Positions 12,801-27,600 are shown, counted from the first letter of the stretch. The stretch: 64,000 bases of DNA from Okamejei kenojei (GCA_035221665.1 CM069142.1:58280001-58344000); one strand, 5' to 3'. Translations and numbers: made by a program. The notes: generated by a model from the sequence alone, not told the origin.

Positions 12801-15691
12801 GGGACAAGGTCTCTCCTGCAGTAGTTTGGACAGTAGTCTCTCTTGATGTACTTTGGGACCGAGTCTCCACTGTTGTACTTTGGGACATCATCTCTACTGC
12901 AATAGTTTGTGTCATGGTCTCACCTGTGGCAGTTTGGGACATTGTCTCTCCTGTAGTAGTTTCAGATGTGATCTCTGGTGCAGTATTTTGGGATGTGGCC
13001 CCAACTGTAGTAGATTGGGACACTGTCTCCCCCGTTGTAGTTTTGAATGTGATCTCTTCAGTAGAAGATTGGAACATAGTCTGTTCTGCAGGAATTTGGG
13101 ATATTGTCACTACTGAAATTGTTTCAGATGTCAGCTCTCCTGTAGTAGCTTGGGCCGTTGTCACTGGTGCAATTGTTTGAGTCATGGTCTCTCCTGTTGT
13201 AGATTGAGACATCATCTCCCCTGTTGTACTTGGGGACATGGTATCTCCTGCAGTAGTTTGGGATGCTGTCTCTCCTATGGTAGTTTTGGACGTGGTATCT
13301 TCTTCAGTACTTTGGGAAATGATTTTACCTGTTGAAGATTGGGACATGGTCTTTACTTCAATAGTTTGTGATGTAGTCTCTGCTGCAGTAGTTTCGGCCG
13401 TTGTCTCTCCTGCAGTAATTTGGGATATCATCTGTCCTGTTGTAGTTTGAGACAAGCTCTCTTCTGTGATAATTTGGGATGTTTTCGTTCCTTCAGTAGT
13501 TTGGGATATGATCTCTCCTGACGTAGAGTGGGACGATGTCTGTCCTGTTGTACGTTGGGATGTGGTCTCTCCTTCTGTGGTTATGAATGTGATTTCTCCT
13601 GCAGGTGTTTGGGACATGGTCTCTCCTGTAGTAGTTTCAGATGCCATCTCTCCAGCACTAGTTTGGGATGTTGCTTCTCCTCCAGTAGAATGGGCCGTGC
13701 TCTCTCCTGCATTGATTCTGGACATTGTCTCTTCTGTAGTTGTTTGAGACATTGTCTTTCCCGCTATTCTCTGGGTCATGGTCTCTCCTGCATTAGTTTT
13801 CACTGTAGTCTCTCTTGATGTACTTTGGGACTGAGTCTCTACTGTTGTACTTTGGGACATCATCTCTACTGCAACAGTTTGGGCCGTGGTCTCACCTGTG
13901 GCAGTTTGGGACATTGTCTCTCCTGTAATAGTTTCAGATGTGACCTCTGGTGCAGTATTTTGGAATGTGGTCTCAACTGTGGTAGATTGGGACATGGTCT
14001 CTCCTGCTGTAGTTTGGAATGTGATCTCTTCAGTAGAAGATTGGAACATGGTGTGTTCTGCAGGAGTTTGGGATATTGTTACTACTGAACTAGTTTGGAA
14101 CATTGTCTCTGCTGTAGTAATTTCAGATGTCAGCTCTCCTGTAGTAGCTTGGGCCGTAGTCACTGCTGCAATAGTTTGGTTTGTGGTCTCTCCTGTAGTA
14201 GATTGAGAAATCATCTCCCCTGTTGTACTCTGGGACATGGTCCGTCCTGCAGTAGTTTGGGATGCGATCTCTCCTATGGTAGTTTTATACGTGGTTTCTT
14301 CTTCAATACTTTGGGAAATGACTTTTCCTGTTGTAGATTGGGACATGGTCTCTCCTTCAATACTTTGTGATGTAGTCTCTCCTGCAGTAGTTTGAGACAT
14401 GATCTCTCCTGTGGTAGTGTTTAACGTTGTCTCTCCTGCAGTAGTTTCGGCCATTGTCTCTCGTGCAGTATTTTGTGATATCATCTGTTCTGTTGTAATT
14501 TGAGACAAGCTCTCTTCTGTGATAGTTTGGGATATTTCCGCTCCTTCACTAGTTTGGGATATGATCTCTCCTGCCGTAGTTTGGGACGATGTCTGTCCTG
14601 TTGTACGTTGGGATGTGGTCTCGCCTGGAGTAGTTTCAGATGTCATCTCTTCAGCAGTAGTTTGAGATGTTGTCTCTCCTCCAGTTGACTGGGCCGTGCT
14701 CTCTCCTGCATTTGCTGTGGACACGGTCTCTGCTATGGTAGTTTGGACTGCAGTCTCTCTTGATGCACTTTGGAACCAAGTCTCTACTGTTGTACTTTGG
14801 GACATCATCTCTGCAGCAATAGTTGGGGCCGTGGTCTCACCTGTGGCAGTTTGGGACATTGTCTCACCTGTAATAGTTTCAGATGTGATCTCTGGTGCGG
14901 TATTTTGGGATGTGGTCTCCACTGTAGTAGATTGGAACATGTTCTCTCCTGTTGTAGTATGGAATGCGGTCTCTTCAGTAGAAGATTGGAACATGGTCTG
15001 TTCTGCAGTAGTTTGGGATGTTGTCACTCCTGAACTGGTTTGGGTCATCGTTTCTGCTGTAGTAATTTCAGATGTCATCTCTCCTGTAGTAGCTTGGGCC
15101 GTAGTCACTGGTGCAATTGTTTGGTTTACGGTCTCTCCTGTAGTAGATTGAGATATCATCTCCCCTGTTGTACTCTGGGACATGGTCTCTCCTGCAGTAG
15201 TTTGTGACGCGATCTCTCTTATAGTAGTTTTAGACATTGTATCTTCTGTGATAGTTAGGGATGTTTTTTCTCCTTCTGTAGTTTGGGATGTGATCTCTCC
15301 TGTGTTAGTTTGGGATGATATCGGTCCTGTTGTAGGTTGGGATGTGGTCCCTACTTCAGTAGTTGTAGGTTGAGATGTGGTCTCCACTTCAGTAGTTATA
15401 GATGGGGTTTCTCCTGCAGGTGTTTGGGACATTGTCTCTCCTGTAGTTGTTTCGGATGTAATCCCTTCAGTAGTAGTTTGAGATGTCTCTCCACCAGTTG
15501 GCAGAGCTGTGCTCTCTCCTGCATTTGCTCTGAATGTGGTCTCACCTGTTGTAGATTGAGCCGTTGTATATTCTGCTGTTCTCTGGGACATGGTTTCTCC
15601 TGCAGTAGTTTGGACTGTAGTATCTCTTGATGTACTTTGGGACCGAGTCTCCACTGTTGTACTTGGGGACATCATCTCTACTGCAACAGTT
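3840..15691 (-). CDS. Mucin exon segment 6 (~3,950 codons), ending in a T/P-rich stalk and ...SMPDPSC
   Basis: ORF 3832..15708; its stop lies just inside the intron after the GTAAGT donor at 3839. Confidence 0.9.
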
Positions 15692-18600
15692 TTGTGTCGT
15701 GGTCTCACCTGTGGCAGTTTGGGACATTGTCTCTCCTGCAGCAGTTTCAGGTGTGACCTCTGGTGCAGTATTTTGGGATGCAGTCTCTACTGTAGTAGAT
15801 TGGGACATGGTCTCTCCTGTTGTAGTTTGGAATGTGATCTCTTCAGTAGAAGATTGGAACATGGTCTGTTCTGCAGGAGTTTGGGATATTGTTACTACTG
15901 AACTAGTTTGGAACATTGTCTTTGCAGTAGTAATTTCAGATGTCAGCTCTCCTGTAGTAGCTTGGGCCGTAGTCACTGCTGCAATAGTTTGGTTTGTGGT
16001 CTCTGCTGTAGTAGATTGAGACATCATCTCACCTGTTGTACTCTGGGACATGGTCTCTCCTGCAGTAGTTTGGGACGCGATCTCTCCTATGGTAGTTTTA
16101 GATGTTGTATTTTCAGTGATAGTTTGGGATGTGTTTGCTCCTTCGGTAATTTGGGATATGATCTCTCCTGTGTTAGTTTGGGATAATATCTGTCCTGTTG
16201 TAGGTTGGGATGTGGTCCCTCTTTCAGTAGTTGTAGGTTGAGATGTGGTCTCCACGTCAGTATTTATAGATGGGGTTTCTCCCGCAGGTGTTTGGGACAT
16301 TTTCTCTCCAGTAGTTGTTTCGGATGTAATTTCTTCAGTAGTAGTTTGAGATGTTGTCTCTCCACCAGTTGGCAGGGCTGTGCTCTCTCCTGCATTTGCT
16401 CTGATTGTGGTCTCTCCTGTTGTAGATTGAGCCGTTGTATCTCCTGCTGTTCTCTGGGACATGGTTTCTCCTGCACTAGTTTGGACAGTAGTCTCTCTTG
16501 ATGTACTTTGGGACCGAGTTTCCACTGTTGTACTTTGGGACATCATCTCTACTGCAATAGTTTGTGTCGTGGTCTCACTTGTGGCAGTTTGGGACATTGT
16601 CTCTCCTGTAGTAGTTTCAGATGTGATCTCTGGTGCAGTATTTTGGGATGTGGTCTCCACAGTAGTAGATTGGGAGACTGTCTCCCCTGTTGTAGTTTTG
16701 AATGTGATCTCTTCAGTAGAAGATTGGAACATGGTCTGTTCTGCAGGAGTTTGGGATATTGTCACTACTGAAACTGTTTCAGATGTCAGCTCTCCTGTAG
16801 TAGCATGGGCCGTAGTCACTGGTGCAATTGTTTGGGTCACAGTCTCTCCTGTTGTAGATTGGGACATCATTGCCCCTGTTGTACTTGGGGACATGGTATC
16901 TCCTGCAGTAGTTTGGGATGCAGTCTCTCCTATGGAAGTTTTGGATGTGGTATCTTCTTTAGTACTTTGGGAAATGAGTTTATCTGTTGAAGATTGGGAC
17001 ATGGTCTCTACTTCAATAGTTTGTGATGTAGTCTCTGCTGCGGTAGTTTCGGCCGTTGTCTCTCCTGCAGTAATTTGGGATATCATCTGTCCTGTTGTAG
17101 TTTGAGACAAGCTCTCTTCTGTGATAATTTGGGATGTTTTCGTTCCTTCACTAGTTTGGGATATGATCTCTCCTGCCGTAGGGTGGGACGATGTCTGTCC
17201 TGTTGTACGTTGGGATGTGGTCTCTCCTTCTGTGGTTATGAATGTGATTTCTCCTGCAGGTGTTTGGGACATGGTCTCTCCTGCAGCAGTTTCAGGTGTG
17301 ACCTCTGGTGCAGTATTTTGGGATGCAGTCTCTACTGTAGTAGATTGGGACGTGGTCACGCCTGTTGTAGTTTGGAATGTGATCTCTTCAGTAGAAGATT
17401 GGAACATGGTCTGTTCTGCAGGAGTTTGGGATATTGTTACTACTGAACTAGTTTGGAACATTGTCTTTGCAGTAGTAATTTCAGATGTCAGCTCTCCTGT
17501 AGTAGCTTGGGCCGTAGTCACTGCTGCAATAGTTTGGTTTGTGGTCTCTCCTGTAGTAGATTGAGACATCATCTCACCTGTTGTACTCTGGGACATGGTC
17601 TCTCCTGCAGTAGTTTGGGACGCGATCTCTCCGATGGTAGTTTTAGATGTTGTATTTTCAGTGATAGTTTGGGATGTGTTTGCTCCTTCGGTAATTTGGG
17701 ATATGATCTCTCCTGTGTTAGTTTGCGATGATATCTGTCCAGTTGTAGGTTGGGATGTGGTCCCTCCTTCAGTAGTTGTAGGTTGAGATGTCGTCTCCAC
17801 GTCAGTATTTATAGATGGGGTTTCTCCTGCAGGTGTTTGGGACATTGTCTCTCCTGTAGTTGTTTTGGATGTAATCTCTTCAGTAGTAGTTTGAGATGTT
17901 GTCTCTCCACCAGTTGACAGGGCTGTGCTCCCTCCTGCATTTGCTCTGAATGTAGTCTCTCCTGTAGTAGATTGAGCCGTTGTCTCTTCTGCTGTTCTCT
18001 GGGACATGGTTTCTCCTGCACTAGTTTGGACTGTAGTCTCTCTTGAAGTACTTTGGGACCGAGTCTCCACTGTTGTACTTTGGGACATCATCTCTACTGC
18101 AATAGTTTGTGTCGTGGTCTCACCTGTGGCGGTTTGGGATATTGTCTCTCCTGTTGTAGTTTTGAATGTGATCTCTTCAGTAGAAGATTGGAACATGGTC
18201 TGTTCTGCAGGAGTTTGGGATATTGTCACTACTGAAATTGTTTCAGATGTCAGCTCTCCTGTAGTAGCTTGGGCCGTAGTCACTGGTGCAATTGTTTGGG
18301 TCACGGTCTCTCCTGTTGTAGATTGAGACATCATCTCCCCTGTTGTACTTGGGGACATGGTATCTCCTGCAGTAGTTTGGGATGCGGTCTCTCCTATGGT
18401 AGTTTTGGATGTGGTATCTTCTTCAGTACTTTGGGAAATGAGTTTACCTGTTGAAGATTGGGACATGGTCTCTACTTCAATAGTTTGTGATGTAGTCTCT
18501 GCTGCAGTAGTTTCGGCCGTTGTCTCTCCTGCAGTAATTTGGGATATCATCTGTCCTGTTGTAGTTTGAGACAAGCTCTCTTCTGTGATAATTTGGGATG

Positions 18601-21600
18601 TTTTCGTTCCTTCAGTAGTTTGGAATATGATCTCTCCTGTCGTCGAGTGGGACGATGTCTGTCCTGTTGTACGTTGGGATGTGGTCTCTCCTGTGGTTAT
18701 GAATGTGATTTCTCCTGCAGGTGTTTGGGACATGGTCTCTCCTGTAGTAGTTTCAGATGCCATCTCTCCAGCACTAGTTTGGGATGTTGCTTCTCCTCCA
18801 GTAGAATGGGCCGTGCTCTCTCCTGCATTGATTCTGGACATTGTCTCTTCTGTAGTTGTTTGAGACGTTGTCTTTCCCGCTATTCTCTGGGTCATGGTCT
18901 CTCCTGCATTAGTTTTCACTGTAGTCTCTCTTGATGTACTTTGGGACTGAGTCTCTACTGTTGTACTTTGGGACATCATCTCTACTGCAACAGTTTGGGC
19001 CGTGGTCTCACCTGTGGCAGTTTGGGACATTGTCTCTCCTGTAGTAGTTTCAGATGTGACCTCTGGTGCAGTATTTTGGAATGTGGTCTCAACTGTGGTA
19101 GATTGGGACATGGTCTCTCCTGCTGTAGTTTGGAATGTGATCTCTTCAGTAGAAGATTGGAACATGGTGTTCTGCAGGAGTTTGGGATATTGTTACTACT
19201 GAACTAGTTTGGAACGTTGTCTTTGCAGTAGTAATTTCAGATGTCATCTCTCCTGTAGTAGCTTGGGCCGTAGTCACTGGTGCAATTGTTTGGTTTGTGG
19301 TCTCTCCTGTAGTAGATTGAGACATCATCTCCCCTGTTGTACTCTGGGACATGGTCCGTCCTGCAGTAGTTTGGGACGCGATCTCTCCTATGGTAGTTTT
19401 ATACGTGGTTTCTTCTTCAATACTTTGGGAAATGACTTTTCCTGTTGTAGATTGGGACATGGTCTCTCCTTCAATACTTTGTGATGTAGTCTCTCCTGCA
19501 GTAGTTTGAGACATGATCTCTCCTGTGGTAGTGTTTAACGTTGTCTCTCCTGCAGTAGTTTCGGCCATTGTCTCTCGTGCAGTATTTTGTGATATCATCT
19601 GTTCTGTTGTAATTTGAGACAAGCTCTCTTCTGTGATAGTTTGGGATATTTCCGCTCCTTCACTAGTTTGGGATATGATCTCTCCTGCCGTAGTTTGGGA
19701 CGATGTCTGTCCTGTTGTACGTTGGGATGTGGTCTCGCCTGGAGTAGTTTCAGATGTCATCTCTTCAGAAGTAGTTTGAGATGTTGTCTCTCCTCCTGCA
19801 TTTGCTGTGGACACGGTCTCTGCTATGGTAGTTTGGACTGCAGTCTCTCTTGATGCACTTTGGAACCAAGTCTCTACTGTTGTACTTTGGGACATCATCT
19901 CTGCAGCAATGGTTGGGGCCCCGTGGTCTCACCTGTGGCAGTTTGGTTTGACATTGTCTCACCTGTAATGTGATCTCTGGTGTATTTTGGGATGAGTAGA
20001 TTGGAACATAGTAGTAGTGTGGTCACTCCTGAACAGTAGTAATTTCAGATGTCATCTCTCCTGCTCTCTAACGCGATCTCTCTTATAGTAGTTTCATTGT
20101 ATCTGTAGTTTGGGATGTTTCCTGTGTTAGTTTGTAATCTCTTTGTAGGTTGGTATGTGGTCCCTACATCAGTAGTAGTTTGAGATGTGGTCTCTTCCTC
20201 TCAGGTGTTTGGGACACTCTCCTGTAGTTGTTTCAGCAGGGCTCTCCACCAGTGCTCTCTCCTGCATTTGCTCTGAATGTGGTCTCACCTGTTGTAGATT
20301 GAGCCGTTGTATATTCTGCTGTTCTCTGGGACATGGTTTCTCCTGCAGCAGTTTGGACAGTAGTCTCTCTTGATGTACTTTGGGACCGAGTCTCCACTGT
20401 TGTACTTGGGGACATCATCTCTACTGCAACAGTTTGTGTCGTGGTCTCACCTGTGGCAGTTTGGGACATTGTCTCTCCTGTAGTAGTTTCAGATGTGATC
20501 TCTGGTGCAGTATTTTGGGATGTGGTCTCAACTGTAGTAGATTGGGAGACTGTCTCCCCTGTTGTAGTTGTGAATGTGATCTCTTCAGTAGAAGATTGGA
20601 ACATGGTCTGTTCTGCAGGGGTTTGGGATATTGTCACTACTGAAACAGTTTCAGATGACAGCTCTCCTGTATTAGATTGGGCCGTAGTCACTGGTGCAAT
20701 TGTTTGGGTCACGGTCTCTCCTGTTGTAGATTGAGACATCATCTCCCCTGTTGTACTCTGGGACATGGTATCTCCTGCAGTAGTTTGGGACGCGATCTCT
20801 CTTATGGTAGTTTTAGACGTTGTATCTTCTGTGATAGTTTGGGATGTTTTTGCTCCTTCCGTAGTTTGGGATATGATCTCTCCTGTGGTAGTTTGGGATG
20901 ACATCTGTCCTGTTGTAGGTTGGGATGTGGTCCCTCCTTCAGTAGTTGTAGGTTGAGATGTGGTCTCCACTTCAGTAGTTATAGATGGGGTTTCTCCTGC
21001 AGGTGTTTGGGACATTGTCTCTCCTGCAGTTGTTTCGGATGTAATCCCTTCAGTAGTAGTTTGAGATGTCTCTCCACCAGTTGGCAGAGCTGTGCTCTCT
21101 CCTGCATTTGCTCTGAATGTGGTCTCACCTGTTGTAGATTGAGCCGTTGTATATTCTGCTGTTCTCTGGGACATGGTTTCTCCTGCAGTAGTTTGGACTG
21201 TAGTATCTCTTGATGTACTTTGGGACCGAGTCTCCACTGTTGTACTTGGGGACATCATCTCTACTGCAACAGTTTGTGTCGTGGTCTCACCTGTGGCAGT
21301 TTGGGACATTGTCTCTCCTGCAGTAGTTTCAGATGTGATCTCTGGTGCAGTATTTTGGGATGCAGTCTCTACTGTAGTAGATTGGGACATGGTCTCTCCT
21401 GTTGTAGTTTGGAATGTGATCTCTTCAGTAGAAGATTGGAACATGGTCTGTTCTGCAGGAGTTTGGGATATTGTTACTACTGAACTAGTTTGGAACATTG
21501 TCTTTGCAGTAGTAATTTCAGATGTCAGCTCTCCTGTAGTAGCTTGGGCCGTAGTCACTGCTGCAATAGTTTGGTTTGTGGTCTCTGCTGTAGTAGATTG

Positions 21601-24600
21601 AGACATCATCTCACCTGTTGTACTCTGGGACATGGTCTCTCCTGCAGTAGTTTGGGACGCGATCTCTTCCTATGGTAGTTTTAGATGTTGTATTTTCAGT
21701 GATAGTTTGGGATGTGTTTGCTCCTTCGGTAATTTGGGATGTGATCTCTCCTGTGTTAGTTTGGGATAATATCTGTCCTGTTGTAGGTTGGGATGTGGTC
21801 CCTCTTTCAGTAGTTGTAGGTTGAGATGTGGTCTCCACTTCAGTATTTATAGATGGGGTTTCTCCCGCAGGTGTTTGGGACATTTTCTCTCCAGTAGTTG
21901 TTTTGGATGTAATCTCTTCAGTAGTAGTTTGAGATGTTGTCTCTCCACCAGTTGGCAGGGCTGTGCTCTCTCCTGCATTTGCTCTGATTGTGGTCTCTCC
22001 TGTTGTAGATTGAGCCGTTGTATCTCCTGCTGTTCTCTGGGACATGGTTTCTCCTGCAGTAGTTTGGACAGTAGTCTCTCTTGATGTACTTTGGGACCGA
22101 GTTTCCACTGTTGTACTTTGGGACATCATCTCTACTGCAATAGTTTGTGTCGTGGTCTCACTTGTGGCAGTTTGGGACATTGTCTCTCCTGTAGTAGTTT
22201 CAGATGTGATCTCTGGTGCAGTATTTTGGGATGTGGTCTCCACAGTAGTAGATTGGGAGACTGTCTCCCCTGTTGTAGTTTTGAATGTGATCTCTTCAGT
22301 AGAAGATTGGAACATGGTCTGTTCTGCAGGAGTTTGGGATATTGTCACTACTGAAACTGTTTCAGATGTCAGCTCTCCTGTAGTAGCATGGGCCGTAGTC
22401 ACTGGTGCAATTGTTTGGGTCACAGTCTCTCCTGTTGTAGATTGGGACATCATTGCCCCTGTTGTACTTGGGGACATGGTATCTCCTGCAGTAGTTTGGG
22501 ATGCAGTCTCTCCTATGGAAGTTTTGGATGTGGTATCTTCTTCAGTACTTTGGGAAATGAGTTTACCTGTTGAAGATTGGGACATGGTCTCTACTTCAAT
22601 AGTTTGTGATGTAGTCTCTGCTGCGGTAGTTTCGGCCGTTGTCTCTCCTGCAGTAATTTGGGATATCATCTGTCCTGTTGTAGTTTGGAATGTGATCTCT
22701 TCAGTAGAAGATTGGAACATGGTCTGTTCTGCAGGAGTTTGGGATATTGTTACTACTGAACTAGTTTGGAACATTGTCTTTGCAGTAGTAATTTCAGATG
22801 TCAGCTCTCCTGTAGTAGCTTGGGCCGTAGTCACTGCTGCAATAGTTTGGTTTGTGGTCTCTCCTGTAGTAGATTGAGACATCATCTCACCTGTTGTACT
22901 CTGGGACATGGTCTCTCCTGCAGTAGTTTGGGACGCGATCTCTCCGATGGTAGTTTTAGATGTTGTATTTTCAGTGATAGTTTGGGATGTGTTTGCTCCT
23001 TCGGTAATTTGGGATATGATCTCTCCTGTGTTAGTTTGCAATGATATCTGTCCAGTTGTGGGTTGGGATGTGGTCCCTCCTTCAGTAGTTGTAGGTTGAG
23101 ATGTCGTCTCCACGTCAGTATTTATAGATGGGGTTTCTCCTGCAGGTGTTTGGGACATTGTCTCTCCTGTAGTTGTTTTGGATGTAATCTCTTCAGTAGT
23201 AGTTTGAGATGTTGTCTCTCCACCAGTTGACAGGGCTGTGCTCCCTCCTGCATTTGCTCTGAATGTAGTCTCTCCTGTAGTAGATTGAGCCGTTGTCTCT
23301 TCTGCTGTTCTCTGGGACATGGTTTCTCCTGCACTAGTTTGGACTGTAGTCTCTCTTGAAGTACTTTGGGACCGAGTCTCCACTGTTGTACTTTGGGACA
23401 TCATCTCTACTGCAATAGTTTGTGTCGTGGTCTCACCTGTGGCGGTTTGGGATATTGTCTCTCCTGTTGTAGTTTTGAATGTGATCTCTTCAGTAGAAGA
23501 TTGGAACATGGTCTGTTCTGCAGGAGTTTGGGATATTGTCACTACTGAAATTGTTTCAGATGTCAGCTCTCCTGTAGTAGCTTGGGCCGTAGTCACTGGT
23601 GCAATTGTTTGGGTCACGGTCTCTCCTGTTGTAGATTGAGACATCATCTCCCCTGTTGTACTTGGGGACATGGTATCTCCTGCAGTAGTTTGGGATGCGG
23701 TCTCTCCTATGGTAGTTTTGGACGTGGTATCTTCTTCAGTACTTTGGGAAATGAGTTTACCTGTTGAAGTTTGGGACATGGTCTCTACTTCAATAGTTTG
23801 TGATGTAGTCTCTGCTGCAGTAGGTTCGGCCGTTGTCTCTCCTGCAGTAATTTGGGATATCATCTGTCCTGTTGTAGTTTGAGACAAGCTCTCTTCTGTG
23901 ATAATTTGGGATGTTTTCGTTCCTTCAGTAGTTTGGAATATGATCTCTCCTGCCGTCGAGTGGGACGATGTCTGTCCTGTTGTACGTTGGGATGTGGTCT
24001 CTCCTGTGGTTATGAATGTGATTTCTCCTGCAGGTGTTTGGGACATGGTCTCTCCTGCAGCAGTTCCAGATGCCATCTCTCCAGCACTAGTTTGGGATGT
24101 TGTCTCTCCTCCAGTAGAATGGGCCGTGCTCTCTCCTGCATTGATTCTGGACATTGTCTCTCCTGTAGTTGTTTGAAACGTTGTCTTTCCCGCTGTTCTC
24201 TGGGACATGATCTTCCCTGCATTAGTTTGCACTGTAGTCTCTCTTGGTGTACTTTGGGACTGAGTCTCCACTGTTGTACCTTGGGACATCATCTCTACTG
24301 AAACAGTTTGGGCCGTGGTCTCACCTGTGGCAGTTTGGGACATTGTCTCTCCTGTAGTAGTTTCAGATGTGACCTCTGGTGCAGTATTTTGGAATGTGGT
24401 CTCAACTGTGGTAGATTGGGACATGGTCTCTCCTGTTGTAGTTTGGAATGTGATCTCTTCAGTAGAAGATTGGAACATGGTCTGTTCGGCAGGAGTTTGG
24501 GATATTGTTACTACTGAACTAGTTTGGAACGTTGTCTTTGCAGTAGTAATTTCAGATGTCAGCTCTCCTGTAGTAGCTTGGGCCGTAGTCACTGGTGCAA

Positions 24601-27600
24601 TTGTTTGGTTTGTGGTCTCTCCTGTAGTAGATTGAGACATCATCTCCTCTGTTGTACTCTGGGACATGGTCCGTCCTGCAGTAGTTTGGGACGCGATCTC
24701 TCCTATGGTAGTTTTATACGTGGTTTCTTCTTCAGTACTTTGGGAAATTACTTTTCCTGTTGTAGATTGGGACATGGTCTCTCCTTCAATACTTCGTGAT
24801 GTAATCTCTTCTGCAGTAGTTTGAGACATGATCTCTCCTGTGGTAGTGTTTAACATTGTCTCTCCTGCAGTAGTTTCGGCCATTGTCTCTCCTGCAGTAT
24901 TTTTTGATATCATTTGTTCTGTTGTAATTTGAGACAATCTCTCTTCTGTGATAGTTTGGGATATTTCCGCTCCTTCACTAGTTTGGGATATAATCTCTCC
25001 TGCCGTAGTATGGGATGATGTCTGTCCTGTTGTACGTTGGGATGTGGTCTCTCCTGTAGTAGTTTCAGATGTCATCTCTCCAGCAGTAGTTTGAGATGCT
25101 GTCTCTTCTCCAGTTGACTGGGCCGTGCTCTCTCCTGCATTTGCTCTGGACGTGGTCTCTCCTACGGTAGTTTGGACTGTAGTCTCTCTTGATGCACTTT
25201 GGAACCGAGTCTCCACTGTTGTACTTTGGGACATCATCTCTGCAGCAATAGTTGGGGCCGTGGTCTCACCTGTGGCAGTTTGGGACATTGTCTCTCCTGT
25301 AATATTTTCAGATGTGATCTCTGGTGCGGTATTTTGGGATGTGGTCTCCACTGTAGTAGATTGGAACATGTTCTCTCCTGTTGTAGTTTGGAATGTGGTC
25401 TCTTCAGTAGAAGATTGGAACATGGTCTGTCCTGCAGTAGTTTGGGATGTTGTCACTCCTGAAATGGTTTGGGTCATCGTCTCTGCTGTAGTAATTTCAG
25501 ATGTCATCTCTTCTGTTGTACTCGTGGACATGGTCACTCCAGCAGTAGTTTGGGATGTGGCCTCTTCTCTGGTAGTTTTGGATGTTGATTCCTCCTCAGT
25601 ACTTTGGGAAAATATTTTTTCTGTTACAGATTGGAACATGGTCTCACCATCAGTAATTAGAGATGTTGTCATTCCTGCAGTAGTTTGGGCTGTTGTCTCT
25701 CCTGCAGTAATTTGGGATGATGCATGTCCTGTTGTACTGTGGTATGTGGTCACTCCATCAGTAGTTAGGGATGTGGTTTCTCCTGCAGTAGTTTTGGACA
25801 TTTTCTCTCCTGCAGTAGTTTGAGACATTGTAGTAGTTTCGGATGTCATCTCTCCAGCAGCAGTTTGGGATGTTGTGTCTCCTCCAGTAGCTTGGGACGT
25901 AGTCTCTACTGCAATAGATCTGGACATGTTCTCTCCTGTAGTAGATTGAGTCATTGTCTCCCCCACTGTACTCTGGGACATGGTCTCTCCTGCAGTTGTT
26001 TGGGGCATGGTCACTCCTGCAGCAGTTTGGAATGTGGTCTCTTCTGTAGTAGATTGGAACATGGTATGTTCTGCAGTTGTTTGGGATGCCACTCCTGAAC
26101 TAGTTTGGGTCATTGTCTTTGCTGTAGTAATTTCAGATGTCAGCTCTCCTGTAGTAGTTTGGGCAGTAGTCACTGGTGCAATTGTTTGGGTCACTGCCTC
26201 TCCAGTAATAGATTTAGACATAATTTTTCCTGTTGCACTCTGGAACATCATCTCTCCTGCAGTAGTTTGGGACGCAGTCTCTCCTATGGTAGTTTTGGAT
26301 GTGGTTTCATCTTCAGTACTTTGGGAAATGATTTTTCCTGTTGTAGATTGGGGCATGGTCGCTATTTCAATAGTTAGCGATGTGGTCTTTTCTACAGTCG
26401 TTTGGGACATGATCTCTCCAGTGGTAGTTTTTAACATTGTCTCTCTTACTGGTGTTTGGGTTGTGGTCTCTCCAGCAGTAGTTTCAGCGGTTGTCTCTAC
26501 TGCAGTAGTTTGGGATACCATTAGTCCTGTTGTGGTTAGAGACAAGCTCTCTTCTGTGATAGTTTGGGATGTTATCGCTCCTTCAGTAGTTTGGGATATG
26601 ATCTCTCCTGCAATAGTTTGGGACGATATCTGTCCTGTTGTATGTTGGGATGTGGTCTCTCCTTCAGTAGGTATGGATGTGATTTCTCCTGCAGGAGGTT
26701 GGAACATTGTCTCTCCTGTAGTAGTTTCAGATGCCATCTCACCAGCAGTCATTTGGGATGTTGCCTCTCCTCCAGTAGATTGGTCCGTGCTCTCTCCTGC
26801 AATAGTTCTGGATGTGGTCTTTCCTGTAATCGATTGAGACATTGTCTCTCCCACTGTACTTTGGGACATGGTTTCTCCTGCAATAGATTGTGCTGTAGTC
26901 CCTCTTGTTGTACCTTGGGACAGAGTCTCTCCTGTTGTACTTTGGGACAGAGTCTCTTCTGTTGTACTTTGAGACATCATCTCCCCTGCAGTAGTTTGGA
27001 ACAAGGTATCTACTACAGTAGTTTGGGCCGTGATTTCATCCGTTGCAGTTTGGGACATTGTCTCTCCTATAGTAGTTTCAAATGCGATCTCTGCTGCAGT
27101 AGTTTGGGATGTGGTCTCTTCTGTTATAGATTGGGACATGGACTCTCCAGTTGCAGTTTGGAACATGGTCTGCTCTGCAATAGTTTGGGATGTGGTCACT
27201 CCTGCTATAGTTTGGGACATTATCTTTCCTGTATTAGTTTTGGATGTGATATCTCCTGTAGTAGCTTGGAATGATGTCTGTCCTGTTGTACGTTCAGATG
27301 TGGTCTCTCCATCAGTAGTTAGGGATATGGAGAGGGCCATAGTCTCTCCTGCAATAGTTCTGGACGTGGTCTCTCCTGTAGTAGATTGAGTTATTGTCTC
27401 TCCCGTTGTTCTCTGAGACATGGTCTCTACTGCAGTAATTTGGACTGTAGTCTCACCTCTTGCTGTTTGGGCCAGTGTCTCTCCTGTAGTAGTTTCAGAT
27501 GTGATCTCTGCTGCAGTAGTTTGGGACGATATCTGTCTTGTTGTACGTTGGAATGTGGTCTCTCCTTCAGTAGTTAGGGGTGTGGTTTCACCTGCAGTAG

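Larger units (their letters stand above)
10250..25500 (-). repeat. Higher-order segmental repeats (~0.84, ~1.5 and ~5.1-5.6 kb periods) inside domain B
   Basis: Near-identical shadow ORFs recur at offsets of 5313 (17453/22766, 18006/23319, 18357/23670), 5583 (16461/22044, 15337/20920), 5114-5116 (14095/19209, 13825/18941), 1545 (15908/17453) and 840 (20333/21173). Confidence 0.9.
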
